Below, piece after piece: positions 1-12,718 of a DNA stretch of 64,000 bases. Positions within the stretch are counted from its first letter, which is position 1. Each line of letters starts with the position of its first letter. The translations under genes were made by a program, and so were the position numbers. The DNA is taken from positions 146,878,001-146,942,000 of the forward strand of contig JBITNC010000001.1 of the NCBI GenBank assembly GCA_050084985.1, read 5' to 3'. Source of the stretch: Nageia nagi (lineage: Eukaryota; Plantae; Pinophyta). A model generated the notes under the pieces. The model was not told where the DNA came from. It saw nothing but the letters and a program-made list of their open reading frames with translations, and searched no databases.

Positions 1-2889
1 TAACGTTTCATGAACTCTTAAGACTTCTAAATCTGATGTCAGATTTCGATATTTTTCAATGTCACCCTTAGTTTGATGGACATATGTGATTCCAAAATGT
101 TCCTCATATAATTTTTTCATTTTACCATCTGGGTCAGACCTATGGGATTTCTTCTCCTTCTGAAAACCAAATGCATGAAGTTATTCTGTCATTGACTTGG
201 CCTCCAACCATGATGTCCAAGAATAAGATCCAATGGTGATGTGCAATTTGATGGTTGCAATGTTCTTTTCATACACTTCATCATGAAGGACCAGCATCTG
301 CTTGCAAAATTTATACAAACCATTAAATTATTTGCATATTTTGGCAATCTGAATGGTTGAATATCAGCTCTGTAGACCCTCAAATGCATGGCATTAGGAT
401 CTTCTATGTGCCAATTTGCAGGTTCTTTGATTATCTCAATTGCCAGAGCTGAAATTCTGGGAACTCTGTCAGCCCCTTTGAGCTGTTTATAGATTGCATA
501 TACCCATTCATCCTTCCTCATTGTATAGTAGTTCCATTTTTGGCCACATCACCATTTAGGATTTCATCTCCATAAAGGCATTTTTAGTTCTTTTAACAGA
601 GCTATGTTTCCATGAGCTTATGGTCGATTTTGTCCTTTGACCAACAATTAAACCACTTAACTCTTCATATAAAAATTAAAGTTATTTCTTACATATGCCA
701 ACTGCTTCATGATGGCGTTACCGAGAACTTGGATCCATCTGATCCTTTCTCCTTTTTCAATTTTTACTAAAAATCCAGTGAACTTTTCTCTGAATTTGAT
801 GTCTTTATCTTTCCCTGTAACCCTGCATAACATGCTGATATCTTTGTTGGCTGTATTTTCTAAGAACACTCTTTGTGTTTGAATGACTTGTTGATGACTT
901 TTCCCTTTGTGTGCATTTTAAAACCATCCTCAGATTATATTAGTAGGTTTCTTGCTTTTCTTATCTTCAAAGAGTGCCAGTGAATCTTCTTCTGTATAAA
1001 CAATTCCTCTGTTTGACCAACCAAATGCTTTCTCAATACCTTCTGCTGTAAAATTGGCAACCATGACATCGTCCTTGCCAAACAGTTATCTTGTTTCAAA
1101 TTCCATCTGCCATGCTACTTCTAACATTAGTTCAGGAAACCTGACATTGAATGGTATGGCTGCAGCATTAGATTCTTGAAGCATATGTTGGATCTGCTTT
1201 CTTCTTTTCCTTTGGGATGCTTTCCACATCCTTCATTATCCTTGATGGGTCAGTATGGTTCCAATGGGTATCTCTAATGTTTTTGAGGTGATCTTTGAAC
1301 CTTGCTTCTTTGATTGGGGCTCCTTGCTTCTTCATATCGGTTAGACTTTTCTTAGTAAGGTGTTTGGTAGGTTTGTAAGTATCCATCCTGTCAAGAGAAA
1401 GAGACTTTAAAGATCTATCCAAAATATTGATATTTGAATATTCAACATACATCAGATTCATGGACTTTTTTCAAATTCGCATTGAAATGGAAATGCAAAA
1501 TTTTAGCTTTCTAATTTGTATTCAATGTGAAATAGATAGCTCGTTTTCGTGAGGCAACACCTGTTAAGTACAGAGATCGAAAACTTTCAAGAAGGTGACT
1601 TCAAATTTCTCCAAAATTACATGTTCACATCGAACCTAAAAGATAGAATTTCAGGTGTATCATTTGATGTGCATGCAAATATTGGAAAGTGTTTTGTATT
1701 GATTTCAAAGAGTTCAAATCTGGTTCGCAGTCAATTTGAAGTTTAGAGACTCTAGACATAAAGATCACAGATCTATACTTAGGTTTCAATGTTAAAGGGA
1801 TTTGAGTTTTTGAAACAGTTGCATGCTTTGTCATGGTTTCATTGACATCAAAGTCTAAACCTAGAATTTTAGATTTCAAATTGGGTGGGCATTCAAAAGG
1901 ACTGGTTTTCTGTTTGGAGTAAGTTTGTGTTCAGCTATACATGTTGCAGTCACATTGAACTCTAAACATAGGATTTTAAGTTTCAGTTTTGATGCGAATG
2001 AGGTGCAAAAATTTTCTAAGTATTTTCAAACACAAAATTCTTGATGAATCCTCAATGCATGTTTGATTTCTGTTCTGCTTTGGTTCAGATATCAAGAGTT
2101 TCAAATAGGCCTGATAGATCACGTTATTCCCACTCTCATAGATCAGTTTAAAAAATAAAACATGGAATTATCTTCAGTTCGCACCGAAAAGAAAAGATAA
2201 AAATCCAGATTCATGATTCGATGTGAATGTAAAAAAGACACTCTATCTGTTTCTTTGTTATTTCAAAGAACAAAATTGTGCAAACAATGATGTAAAAAGC
2301 GAAATTTATCTACCTGACTTGCGTTTGAAAACTCGTTTCCAGCCGAACTTATCTGATAAGTTGGAATGTATCTTCTAACTTGGATGCGGCCTCTGAAAAG
2401 TGTTTGAGATAATAAACAGATGAACAGTGCGTTAATTCCAATTTATAGAAAAGTGAGCATTAATTGCAGTTAGTGGCTGTCATGACATTAGCAAAACCCT
2501 AACTTATGGTCACACCGAATGTATTTCATAAATTGGATGCAAGTAAAAGTTTGCATGGAATACGAAGTGTAAACCAAACATTTCTATAATCTTTAGAGTT
2601 CGTGTTCGGTGCGACTTTTTCTTTCCAATTGGGTGCGAAGTAGAGTTCAAGTGGAACATGAAGTGTAAACAAAAAGTTTCTATCTTTAGAGTTTGTGTTC
2701 GCAGCGACTTTATCTTTCCAATTGGATGCGAAATTGCTATTTTTATTTTTTTTCAAGGATCAAAATTGATGATTTAATTTTGCAAGCTTTTTTAGATTTT
2801 TATGATTTGTCTCATCCCCTTTTTATGAATTTTTTTATTTTCATTGAAAATTTAACTTCATTTTTATTTTTAAAAAAGTTGTGATAACA
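1..2889 (-). mobile_element. Truncated LTR-retroelement-like segment carrying a degenerate non-gag/pol accessory ORF
   Basis: Right boundary reads TGTTATCAC on the minus strand at 2889. A CTATAAAT TATA-like box lies at ~2441-2448 (-). TTCGCA(T/C)CGAA-type motifs recur, with an ~83-bp tandem duplication at ~2560-2730. Runs off the left edge of the window. Confidence 0.5.
189..1385 (-). pseudogene. Frameshifted ORF of unknown function, probably a retrotransposon accessory protein
   Basis: ORF-track pieces 1168-1461, 657-869 and 189-521 plus intervening frames read as one collinear protein (MDTYKPTKHL...FPELMLEVAW...IRWIQVLGNAIMKQL...FYMKS...HLRVYRADIQPFRLPKY) broken by stops and frameshifts. 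No RT, IN, RH or protease motifs. Confidence 0.55.
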
Positions 2890-4090
2890 GTACCAACACA
2901 GAGCCTCTGTAGTACACTAGTTTGTGCAATAATTATTATACTATAACCACAACATTTTGGCTGCATTGTTAATCCTTGGCCGTGAACTCCTGCATCATCA
3001 TTGTATCCTCTGTGTGGGTGCTACAACACCATTGCCTGTGTACTTTTACCATCTATTGGTCATACTAAATCCCAATGATAATCATATTTACTGGAAAATT
3101 CAAAAATTTAATAATGATGGTGCCTAATGGCTTATCTCAAAAGAACAAAAAATTATGATTAATGTTGTTCAAAATGATAAAAGAGTTGTTATCATTGTTA
3201 TACTTATAAATAGTGAAATCGGATCAGAGTCCGATTGTTGATTTCGTAATCCGAATCAGGAATCGGCAAAAAATCAGAAAGAAAAGTGAAAAACAAAAAA
3301 ATGAAACAATATGCAATTTTTCATTGAAAATTTATGTTTTCTTATGCATATTAGTGATTACTTATCTTTTAAACTTGTTATAATTTCCAACACACTTACT
3401 CAACACACAAAAATATACAAATAAAAGAAGAGGAAAGGGCATATATTGTATAATTTATTAATCAAAATATGTGCAGTAGCAAGTACTAAGTAAATCGGAA
3501 TAAAAAATGTGCTCTTGTCTCATTAGCCATAACAAAATGAAAATACACATTGGTCACCTATACAAATTAATGGATGTTTTTCCTCCCAAAACTATGATGC
3601 CCAATATAGACGCCTTCATAAAGATAGCATTTTGTATTCAGCCAAAAAGTGAGGTGGTGCTGGAGTAGTTCATTTAATTTGGCAGTTATTTCCAGAGGTT
3701 GTGGAATACATGGCAAATGGATTTTATTTCTCCCAATAGCATGATGCCCAACAGTCATTTGTTTGAAAGACATTACAGTTTACACAACCCAATAAACAGG
3801 AAATATTCACACCAATGCTAACCATATATTCCTATCAGACATTTAAATTTAGATAACTAGTGATTTAAAATTTTAAATCCTATAAAAAAAAACTTAGTGA
3901 TTTAAAATTTTAAATCGTATAAAAAAAACCAAAAATTGAAAGAAATTCTAAGCTTATGATGTTCAAGGCGTGAAAGACAAAGACAAAAAAAAATTGTCAT
4001 AAAAAAAACTGCGAAAAAAACTAACCAAAAAAAATAAAAATAAAAAATGAATGGAAAAAACAAATTGCAAAATTTTGATCAATCTTAAAG

Positions 4091-4315
4091 TGTTAGAAAC
4101 ATAATACATTAGTCTCTAATAAATAGATACATTAAGTATCTATAATAAATAGATATATTAATAATACATTAATATTATTACTAATGTTTAGTCACCTTAT
4201 TAATTAGGGTTCTTGGTTCATACAGTTATTGTACGAGAATGTAACTCTCTAATGCAATTGTATTTGAACTCTTCTCTTCATTAATGGAAATAACTCTTTT
4301 GGCTAATTTCCAATA
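4091..4315 (+). repeat. 5' LTR of Copia-1
   Basis: TGTTAGAAAC...TTTCCAATA, aligns with 12719-12947, followed by the PBS. Confidence 0.9.
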
Positions 4316-6199
4316 TTGTATCAGAGCAAGTTATATTTTCTTTCTCTCCTCAACCTGCTCTTATGAAGTTGTGGATGGTTGCCATGACCAAGGGATGATT
4401 GTTGTGAGAATAGAAAATTAGTAGATCTAAGAGTTTTTTGGCTGCGATCAGCCATTGTTAGAGTAAGAGTGAAGCTTGCAACACAGAAGAAAGTGCAGAC
4501 CAGACCTGCTTGGTTGGAACAATCTGCATCATTTTCTTCTTTTGCGAGATTTGGAGAGAAGAGAGAAGAGAGATCCATTGATCTCTCCCTTCCTCCCAAC
4601 CACTGAGCAAAACAAATCTGCCATCAGATTTGTGAGATCAATTCTGTGAGAGTGGAAAATAATATTGCAGTCCAGAAACTGTGTTTGCATTGTGCGTCTC
4701 TGCGAACAAAGATTGCTAGCGTGTAGAGGAGTTTTTTTGCAGATTTGAAACCTAGTGTGTAACAGCCATAGCCTTGCAAACACTCTCCCAGCCATGCTCA
4801 AACGTGAAGCTCCAGTCCCTCCCATCCCCGAGAGCAAAGTTGAAAACTTGTTGAAGCCGTGCCCGCCAGAAATCCCATCCCCGTGAGCGCAGACAGTCAT
4901 ATGTGGATCTGTATTTGCAGTAAGCACAACGTACAAAAGTTGAAGACAGGTTGAACAGCGTTGAAAGCAGTGTGTATCTGTTCCGTAGCCATCCCCTGGA
5001 CACCCAACGTAGCCATCATGAGTTGAAGTTTGGAGATGGTGGGAGGAGAACTCGTCCACCAGGAAAACTGCAGGTCTGCAACAAAGGAAGGCCCAAGCGC
5101 CAGCCATTCTATCCATAAAAGAAAAAAAGTCGTCCGACGCCTCTTCTCCTCATGCCTGCCTCTTCCCGCAGCCTCGCATACTTCCATGCCACAGGAAAGG
5201 TGAACAGATCTGGTTCGCCTATTGCTGTTTGATACATCTAGGTGAAACAGTGCATGTCAAGGAACGCCATCTCCCATCCTTTTCAAATCATTGGTGGTAA
5301 CTGATGAGACTGTATGACTGTGAAAAATACCAGCGCAAGCTCCTCCTGGTCCACCAAGCTCCGCCCAAGAGACACAAGCATTTTATATGTTTTATCTAAA
5401 GTTGAACTTTAGAATATTGACAAATATTTGAAGACCTCCGCTCAACATAATATTTAAAAGAAAACAATTTTTTTTCCCAACATATATGCAATTAAATATA
5501 GTTGAAACAATGTGCTCAGGTGTAAAATTCTTGGATGATAAAATATTTGAAAAGAGAAACAATTTTGGAGCCCAACAATTAAATGGTGGAGGAGAAAATT
5601 TAAAATAACAGATTTAATACATTAATCAAGTTTAAAGGAGAAGAGACAATTATTTGTCCATCATATTAAATTGGATGAGAACAATTAATTTATTGCCCAC
5701 TAATAAAAACATTTGGAGGAGACTATTTTGGAGACTACAAATTAATTTTTTTTAGCCCAAATAAAACCATTTGGAGGAGTTACTAATATTTGTCCACCAA
5801 ATGTTGGGAGAGAGAACTAAATTTCTAAATTTATAAAGGGCGAAGATAAACTTGGAGAAAGAAAATAAATCCAAGTCACTATTCCCTCAAGGAAGAGCCC
5901 TTGGTGCCTTGAGAGAGCACACCAAATTTGAAAAAAAGAGGTTATGAGTTCAAATCCCTTCACCACTTAAAAATTCATTTTTGACATGTGCTAAATTAAA
6001 AATAAACATATTATCAAATTTGAAGGTATTAATAATTTTTGAACCATCTCAATTAAATTAATACCTTCGAGGACATCTTTTTTGAAGAAAATTGTAAAAG
6101 TTGAAGGGGGAAATTTTTTGCAAATTAGTGATTGAAGACCGTTGATTGAAGACCAAACATTGCAAAATAAGCATGGCCCAGACCGCCCCCAAAATCTTG

Positions 6200-7958
6200 C
6201 TCTCCAACTCCCAAGTGTTGAAGGGAGATAATTTTGCTTCTTGGAAAACGAAGATTCAAGCAATCCTTTGATTTGAAGAACTATGGGAGATTGTCATTGG
6301 AATTGAAACACGTCCAATCGCAGTTGGCCAAGACCAAACTAAGTATGATCAACACAACAACAAGGTGCTTATGATCATCTTACCTGGCATCTTAGATGGA
6401 AGAAGTTGCAGCAAGTCTGAGTCCAAGAACCTGAGTCAAATTTTGCATCTTCAAGGACAATTACACACACTAAGGTTGAAAGGTGGAGAGAAATTGGAAT
6501 CATTCCTTCGTTAAATTTCGGAACTCCGAGCCTCCCCACAAGCATTAGGAGAGACCATGGAAGACAATCTCTTGGTACCCATTTTCCTGAAAGTACTCCC
6601 TGAGAAATTCCGCACCTTGGTGACTTCCTTGAACATCCTGGAACAAAAGCCTACCTTTGAAAAATTGGTGAACATGTTGCAAGAAGAAGCCTTCAATGAT
6701 AATTCCTATGAGGAGGAGCAAGCTATGATGTCAAATCAATGAGGCAAGAAACCCCAATAGAAAGGCAAAGGCAAAAATCTCTCGTAGTCAAATGATAAGC
6801 AAAAGAAAAGTTGCATGATTTGTGGCAAGAAAGGGCATGAATTATAGGATTGCTGGTACAATTCTTTTGCTCAAGGCTCTTCAAGCAATAAGAATAAAAA
6901 ATAGGAAGGGCAAAACCTTCAGAATCAGGGGGAGTGGAAACAAAGAAGACCACAACGAAGACAATAACAGGGCAATGTTGTAAATGCTATTAATGAAGTG
7001 ATTGAAGATGTTGGTGATCTTGCTTTTGTTCATCAAGAGAATCCTTCAGTCTCATCCACTTGGTATGTTGATTCTGGTGCTTCCAAGCATATGATTGGCC
7101 AAAAGGATTGGTTTGCTTCTTTGGACGACAATGCAAATCTTGGTCAAGTTTGATTGGGCGATGACACATCCCATGACATTGAAGACAACGATGATGTTCA
7201 TGTCCATCTTTGAAAGAACAACTGTAAGATCAAAGAGGTCTTGTATGTGCTAGGGTTCACAAGGAACCTCCTGTTAGTTAGTCATATGTTGGACAACAAT
7301 CTAAAGATGGAGTTTGACATTGTGAAAGGAGAAAATGTTTGCTTCATTCATGACAAATCCAAAGGATGCTGAATAGTAGCAAAAGCAAAAGGAGTTGGGA
7401 GATTGTTTCTGCTTGATGTTGTAGCTTCCAACAATCAAGCTTTCAATGTTCATGTTGTAGATGTGACCACTATTTAGCATCAAAGATTTGGACACATGAA
7501 TCCAAACTATCTAAACACTCTGCAAAAGAAGGATATTGTACATGGTCTCCCACCTCTTGCTTCTCCTACTAATGTTTGTTCTACTTGAATCACAGGGAAC
7601 CAACGCATACTTCCATTTGAACCTTGCACACATCGTGCTAAAGGTCCTCTTGATGTGATACACACAAATTTGTGCGGACCCATATGTGCTAGTAACACTG
7701 GCCAAAGATACTTCCTTCTGTTTGTTGATGATTACTCCAGAAAAATGTGGGTGTTCTTCCTTCTGTTCGTTGATGATTACACCATAGCAAAATGGGGTTT
7801 GTGAAAGGTGAAATCGAACCATAGTTGAAATGGCAAGAAGTATGTTGAAAGATGCAATGTTGGAAAGTAAATTTTGGCTTGATGTAGTAAACATTGCAAT
7901 ACATTTGCTGAATAGAGCATCTTCTAATGCTCTTGATGGGATGACACCTCAAGAAGGA
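6200..7958 (+). pseudogene. Copia-1 gag, protease and 5' integrase remnant
   Basis: gag (LKVLPEKFRTLVTSL), zinc knuckle CMICGKKGH, WYVDSGASKHM, HQRFGHMN, YFLLFVDDYSRKMWV. Many stops. Confidence 0.9.
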
Positions 7959-10699
7959 TGTTGTGCCCTACACAACTCACCCTAAAATCTTGAGATTTTG
8001 GGGACCCATCACAATTCATGTCCATGCAACACCACGAGTTGTCTTGTGTATTCCTAACTCCATCTAACTAGGATCCACATTTATCATCCTGTCACCTAAG
8101 TGTGCTAAATCGCCCGGTCTTAGTCATGTTAGAATGAAAGCCAAAATCCTCCAAAAAATGGCTAAGTATGGAAATTCAAGTCGAGTCTAGGTGAACTAGG
8201 GAAACCCATGTCGAGTAAAAAATGAGTCAAGTGAGTGTGGGCCACTCCTAGGCCTAGCGCATGCCTTAAAAAGACAAAATCTTGTCTTTTTGGGACATGT
8301 GCTTGGATTGGGGAGTCATCCAAGTCGGTTTTTGAATTCGGAAAGGCAAATTGGGCCACTTCTAGGCCCAACACATGCCTCAAAAAGACAGTTTTATCTT
8401 TTTTGGGACATGTGCTCGACTCTGGGAGGTGCCTGGATTGAAACGGAAGATGGAGAAGGCAAGATGGAGGCACTTCAAGTTTGGTGCATGCCCCAAAAAG
8501 ACAAAATCTTGTCTTTTGGGAGCATGCGCTCAAGCTGTAAGGCCACATAGGTTGAGTTCGAAAATGAGAAAGTGGAATCCAAGTACTCAGGAGGCAAATG
8601 CATGCCTCAAAAAGACAAAACTCTCTTTTGGGGGCATGTGCTTATGACAATGAGGCATCTAGTCCATTCTCATGAGGAAATTTGGCTACGGTACAGACTC
8701 TTCAAACCAACATTCAGCTTAGGCATAACCCAGGGAGTTAGGAGCACCGTTTCACAAGACAAAATCATGTCTTTTTGTAGCATGCTCCTAACCCAAGGAT
8801 ACACTAGTTTCAGGAAAATGTGAAACTTTGTCTAAGTCCCACTTGCTAAGGCCTTGAAATAGGACAAACTGGGCAAGAGCAACCCAACATATGCCTCAAA
8901 AGGACAAAATCTTGTCTTTCTGGAACATGCACTCAAGTTGGCATGACTAGAGAGTTGGAAGCACCGTTTCAAAAGACAAAATCTTGTCTTTCTGTAGCAT
9001 GCTCTTAAGACAGGGAGACACCTGGTTTGATCCGATAGTGAAAATTGGCTAAGGCATGAAACTTTGAAGCTAGTATTCGACTCAAGCATGACTGGAAGGT
9101 TGGACACACCATTTCAAATGACAAACTCTTGACTTTTTGAGATGTACGCTCCAACTTGCTCAACTGGCAAGTTGGATGCACTGTTTCAAAAGACAAAATC
9201 TTGTCTTTTTGAAATGTGCGCTCCAACTGGCTTGGCTATAGGCTTGGGGGCACTGCTTCAAAAGACAAAATCTTGTCTTTTTGAAACGTGTGCCTGGCTT
9301 GGGAGGAGTCTTGGATGTATCCAATGATGAAATTAGACAAGTTTGAGCCTTTAAAAAGATAAACTTAGGTGATGCAAGGTCAAAGTAGACGAGTTGAAGA
9401 GCCAAGACGACAAGAGTGCAAAAGACATGAAGCTCCCAGTTGGGCGCACGCTTTAAAAAGACAATCTTGTCTTTCTAGGCATGCGCCAGCCACAAGAGCA
9501 TACCCTCACCCCCACGTCCAGTTTCCAACAAGGACCTCAAAGATGGTGCACGGTTCGAAGATGACAACCAAGTTCTTGGATGAGGACATCGAAGGTAGAG
9601 TTGCGGCCATGGGACCACCATCATTTTAGCTATTTTTAGTTTATTTTATTTTTCATAAAAGACTTTTGACGGACGAGGATTTGTTCCCATAAGTTTGGAA
9701 AGAATTTTGTAATGCCATGTGACACTTTATTATTGGACCACATTTATTTTTCTTGGAACACGTAATTAGGGTTAGGGTAACACCCTTGGTTTCTCGAAAA
9801 ACTATTTATACCCCTTGGATGCTCATTTGTAAGGGGGGATTGACACTTTTAACAATTTGAAAGAACTTTGCTTGTAACTCAAAATTCTCAAAATTTGTTA
9901 ATGTGGTGTATGTGAATGCGATTATTCTTATATGCTCTCATTTTGCAATGTCAAATTTGAATGAATGAATGACAACGCTGTCTAGTTTGTTCTATCACTG
10001 CTTTATGTTAACTTACATCACTTGGTGCATCTTGTAAATTCCATTTGAGGTGGACAAGAGAATGTTTGAAAATTTTGTGAAGTGGTTGATTAGCATCTTG
10101 TTGGTGATATTTTGTCATTTGCAATCTTAGGCTTGGATACTTTAAAATGTCTTGTTGATGTCATTCACAGTAGGAACCTCACCTAGATCATTGAATGTTA
10201 CCTTCATCCCATCCTATTCTATCCTTGCCACAACTTCACACTCCTTCCACTAGACTATTCGTGTTAATGGCTAGTGGAATGGATTGAGGGTGTGTGGAAC
10301 CTATGCCGAGATCCAACAAGTTGACTTTTGAGGACTTTATCCCAAGCTCGTTAGTACGCATGCCTATATTTGCATCCTCCTACCCAGAGTCTTTCCACCA
10401 ATTTTTTCATTTTTTTTATTTTAAACTTTTTTCACCCAGTTTTCTCACCCCGTTTCCTTTTAGCATTTCCAAAACAATCTTGTCTAGCTATAGAGATAAT
10501 TCGAGTCCTTGATCGACACATGATATTCATGTTGGTGGCAACTTCAAACATCTCAGCCAGTTCTCAAGTTATCTTCGCCAAGACGTGGCGCTAACCTTTG
10601 GGTTGACCAGTCCCATAGCAGGAGGGAGTAACATCCTTTAACCTGACGTGTTGGAGTTTTTTTCACTACAACAGGGTAGGAAAGAAAAATCACCCAACA
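7959..10699 (+). mobile_element. 2.74-kb solo-LTR-like insert (Gypsy-type) nested in the Copia-1 integrase
   Basis: Termini TGTTGTGCCC...CACCCAACA interrupt the Copia motif MTPQE-x-WT-x-RKPS. GGATG follows the insert and also overlaps its initial TG. No coding capacity. Confidence 0.8.
8258..9486. repeat. Array of ~11 palindromic ~44-bp units
   Basis: Core AAAAGACAA-AATC-TTGTCTTTT with GCATG/CATGC-like outer arms at ~8258, 8371, 8486, 8600, 8743, 8887, 8961, 9105, 9178, 9250, 9446. Confidence 0.9.
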
Positions 10700-12700
10700 G
10701 GATGGACATGAGAAAAACCATCTATCTCACATCTTCAAGTATTTGGTTGCACTGCCTATATGCACATTCCCAAAAAGAAAAGAAAGAAATTGGATGACAA
10801 GTACTTGAAATGCGTTCTTTTCCCATAAAATAGTGAATCCAAAGGATACAAACTCATGGATTCTACTTCTCGAAAGATCTATATCAGCAGAGATGTCATT
10901 TTTGATGAGACAGATGAATCTTCAACTAGTCCACTTGCAAAGGTACTTGAACCTAATAGTGGCCCCATAATCAATTGTGATGATGAGGATGATTAGAGAG
11001 AAGCTCTTGTTGTGAATTTGCCACTTGATAATGTCAGAAGAATGAAATGGTACCAAAAGACACTGCAAGATTCAAACTTAAGTGCTCCATAGGACACTTC
11101 TACTTTGAGATCAAGGACACGAAGCATGGTTCGTGAGGAAGTGAACTTGTCATTGATGAGCATAGTTATGAATACACCTGAATTTGAAATGGTTCGTAAA
11201 GCCATCGAGCTACCACATTGGAAGTCAGCCATGCAGGCTGAGTATGATGCATTGATGAAAAATGACACATGGAAGCTGGTAGAACTTCCATTAGGGAAGA
11301 AGGCCATTGGATGCAAATGGGTGTTCAAAACCAAGTACAAAGCTAATGATACACTCGATAAGCACAAGGCTCGGTTAGTTGCCAAAGGATATGCTCAACA
11401 TGAAGGTATTGACTGTGAGGAGACATTTGCTCCCACAACCAAAATGAAGACCATCAAAATTGCTTTTGCAATGGCAACACAATTTGGCTGGAAAGTCCAT
11501 CAGATGGATGTGAAGAGCACTTTCCTCAAGGAAGACTTAGAGGAAGAAGTCTACATGCAACAACTTGAAGGGTTCGTGATTGATCCATGAAAAAGAAAAG
11601 TGTTTAGATTGATCAAGTCTTTTTATGGCTTGAAACATGCTCCATGAGCTTGGTACATGAAAATTGATTGCCACCTTCTACAACATGACTTCAATAGGAG
11701 TCTATATGATCCTAACCTATACCTTTGACAACATGGGGGAGATTATCATTGTTTTTGTATATGTCGATGATCTGGTTATTAGAGGCACCACTAAGGAGTT
11801 GACCACATCTTGCGTAGATGACCTCAAAAGATCATTCAACATGATTGACCTTGGTTTACTTCACTATTGCCTTGGATTAGAGGTCTAGCAAATGTAGGAT
11901 TGGATATTGGTTTCATAGATGAAGCACATCAAAAAATTGTTGGAGAAATTCAGGATGACAGATTGCCAACTGATGTCCATGCCAATTGAATGTGGTTTAC
12001 ATTTGTCATGCCATGATTGTTCTCCTTCGGTAAATGCAACTCTCTATCGTCAGCTAATTGGAGGGTTAATTTACCTATCATACACCAGGTCGGATATTTG
12101 CTATGCCGTTAGCTATCTTTCACGATTCATGCATGAACCAAAAAAGGCCTACTGGACCATGACAAAGCATGTTTTGAGATACATCCGTGTCACTGATAGT
12201 TATAGCCTGGTGTACAAGAAGAATGATAAGTTCGTCTTGTCTAGATACAAGGATGCAAATTATGGAGGATTCTTGATGATAGAAGATCAAGGACAAGATA
12301 CATGTTTTTCCTTGGATCTGGACCAATTTCATGGGGTTGCAAGAAACAAAGCATCACATCTTGATCTATCACAGAGTCGGAATACCGTGTTATAGGATAC
12401 ATTGTTTGTGAAGTAGTATGGTTACACCACATTTTGATAGATATTGGAATTTCATAGAAGAAGTGTACTATTTTGCATTGCGACAATCAAGGTGTACTGA
12501 AACTAGTTTGAAATCCTTGTTATCACGAGCGCACCAAACGCATTGAGATACAAGTGCACTTCATTTGGGATCTTGTTTCACTACATGATATCCAGCTCCA
12601 CTACATTTCCATGAAGAAGCAAATTGCAAATTTCTTCACCAAATCTTTGACAGTAGAAATTTTGAATACTTTTGGAGCTCCTCTCATGTTCTCTGAAGAT
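10700..12700 (+). pseudogene. Copia-1 3' integrase, RT and RNase H remnant
   Basis: ORFs 11105-11590, 11664-11888 and 11919-12395 with RT motifs (WKSAMQAEYDAL, VHQMDVKSTF, YVDDL, LYRQLIGGLIYL). HERTKRIEI near 12525. Confidence 0.95.
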
Positions 12701-12718
12701 CTAATGTATTATGGGGGG

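Noticed and set aside
4550-4598. miR156/529-like precursor (GAGAAGAGAG hairpin)
   Set aside because: The stem is short and low-complexity and does not match the mature miRNA sequences.
4529-5187. 195-aa and overlapping minus-strand ORFs as a real gene
   Set aside because: No recognisable domain, lies inside a Copia leader, and open frames are expected from the higher GC content.
5895-5968. Functional tRNA gene
   Set aside because: No proper acceptor or anticodon stems. Only promoter-box-like motifs remain.
8162-9629. Cluster of ORFs with repeated KKTKSCL / QKDKILSF peptides
   Set aside because: By-products of translating the palindromic repeat on both strands.
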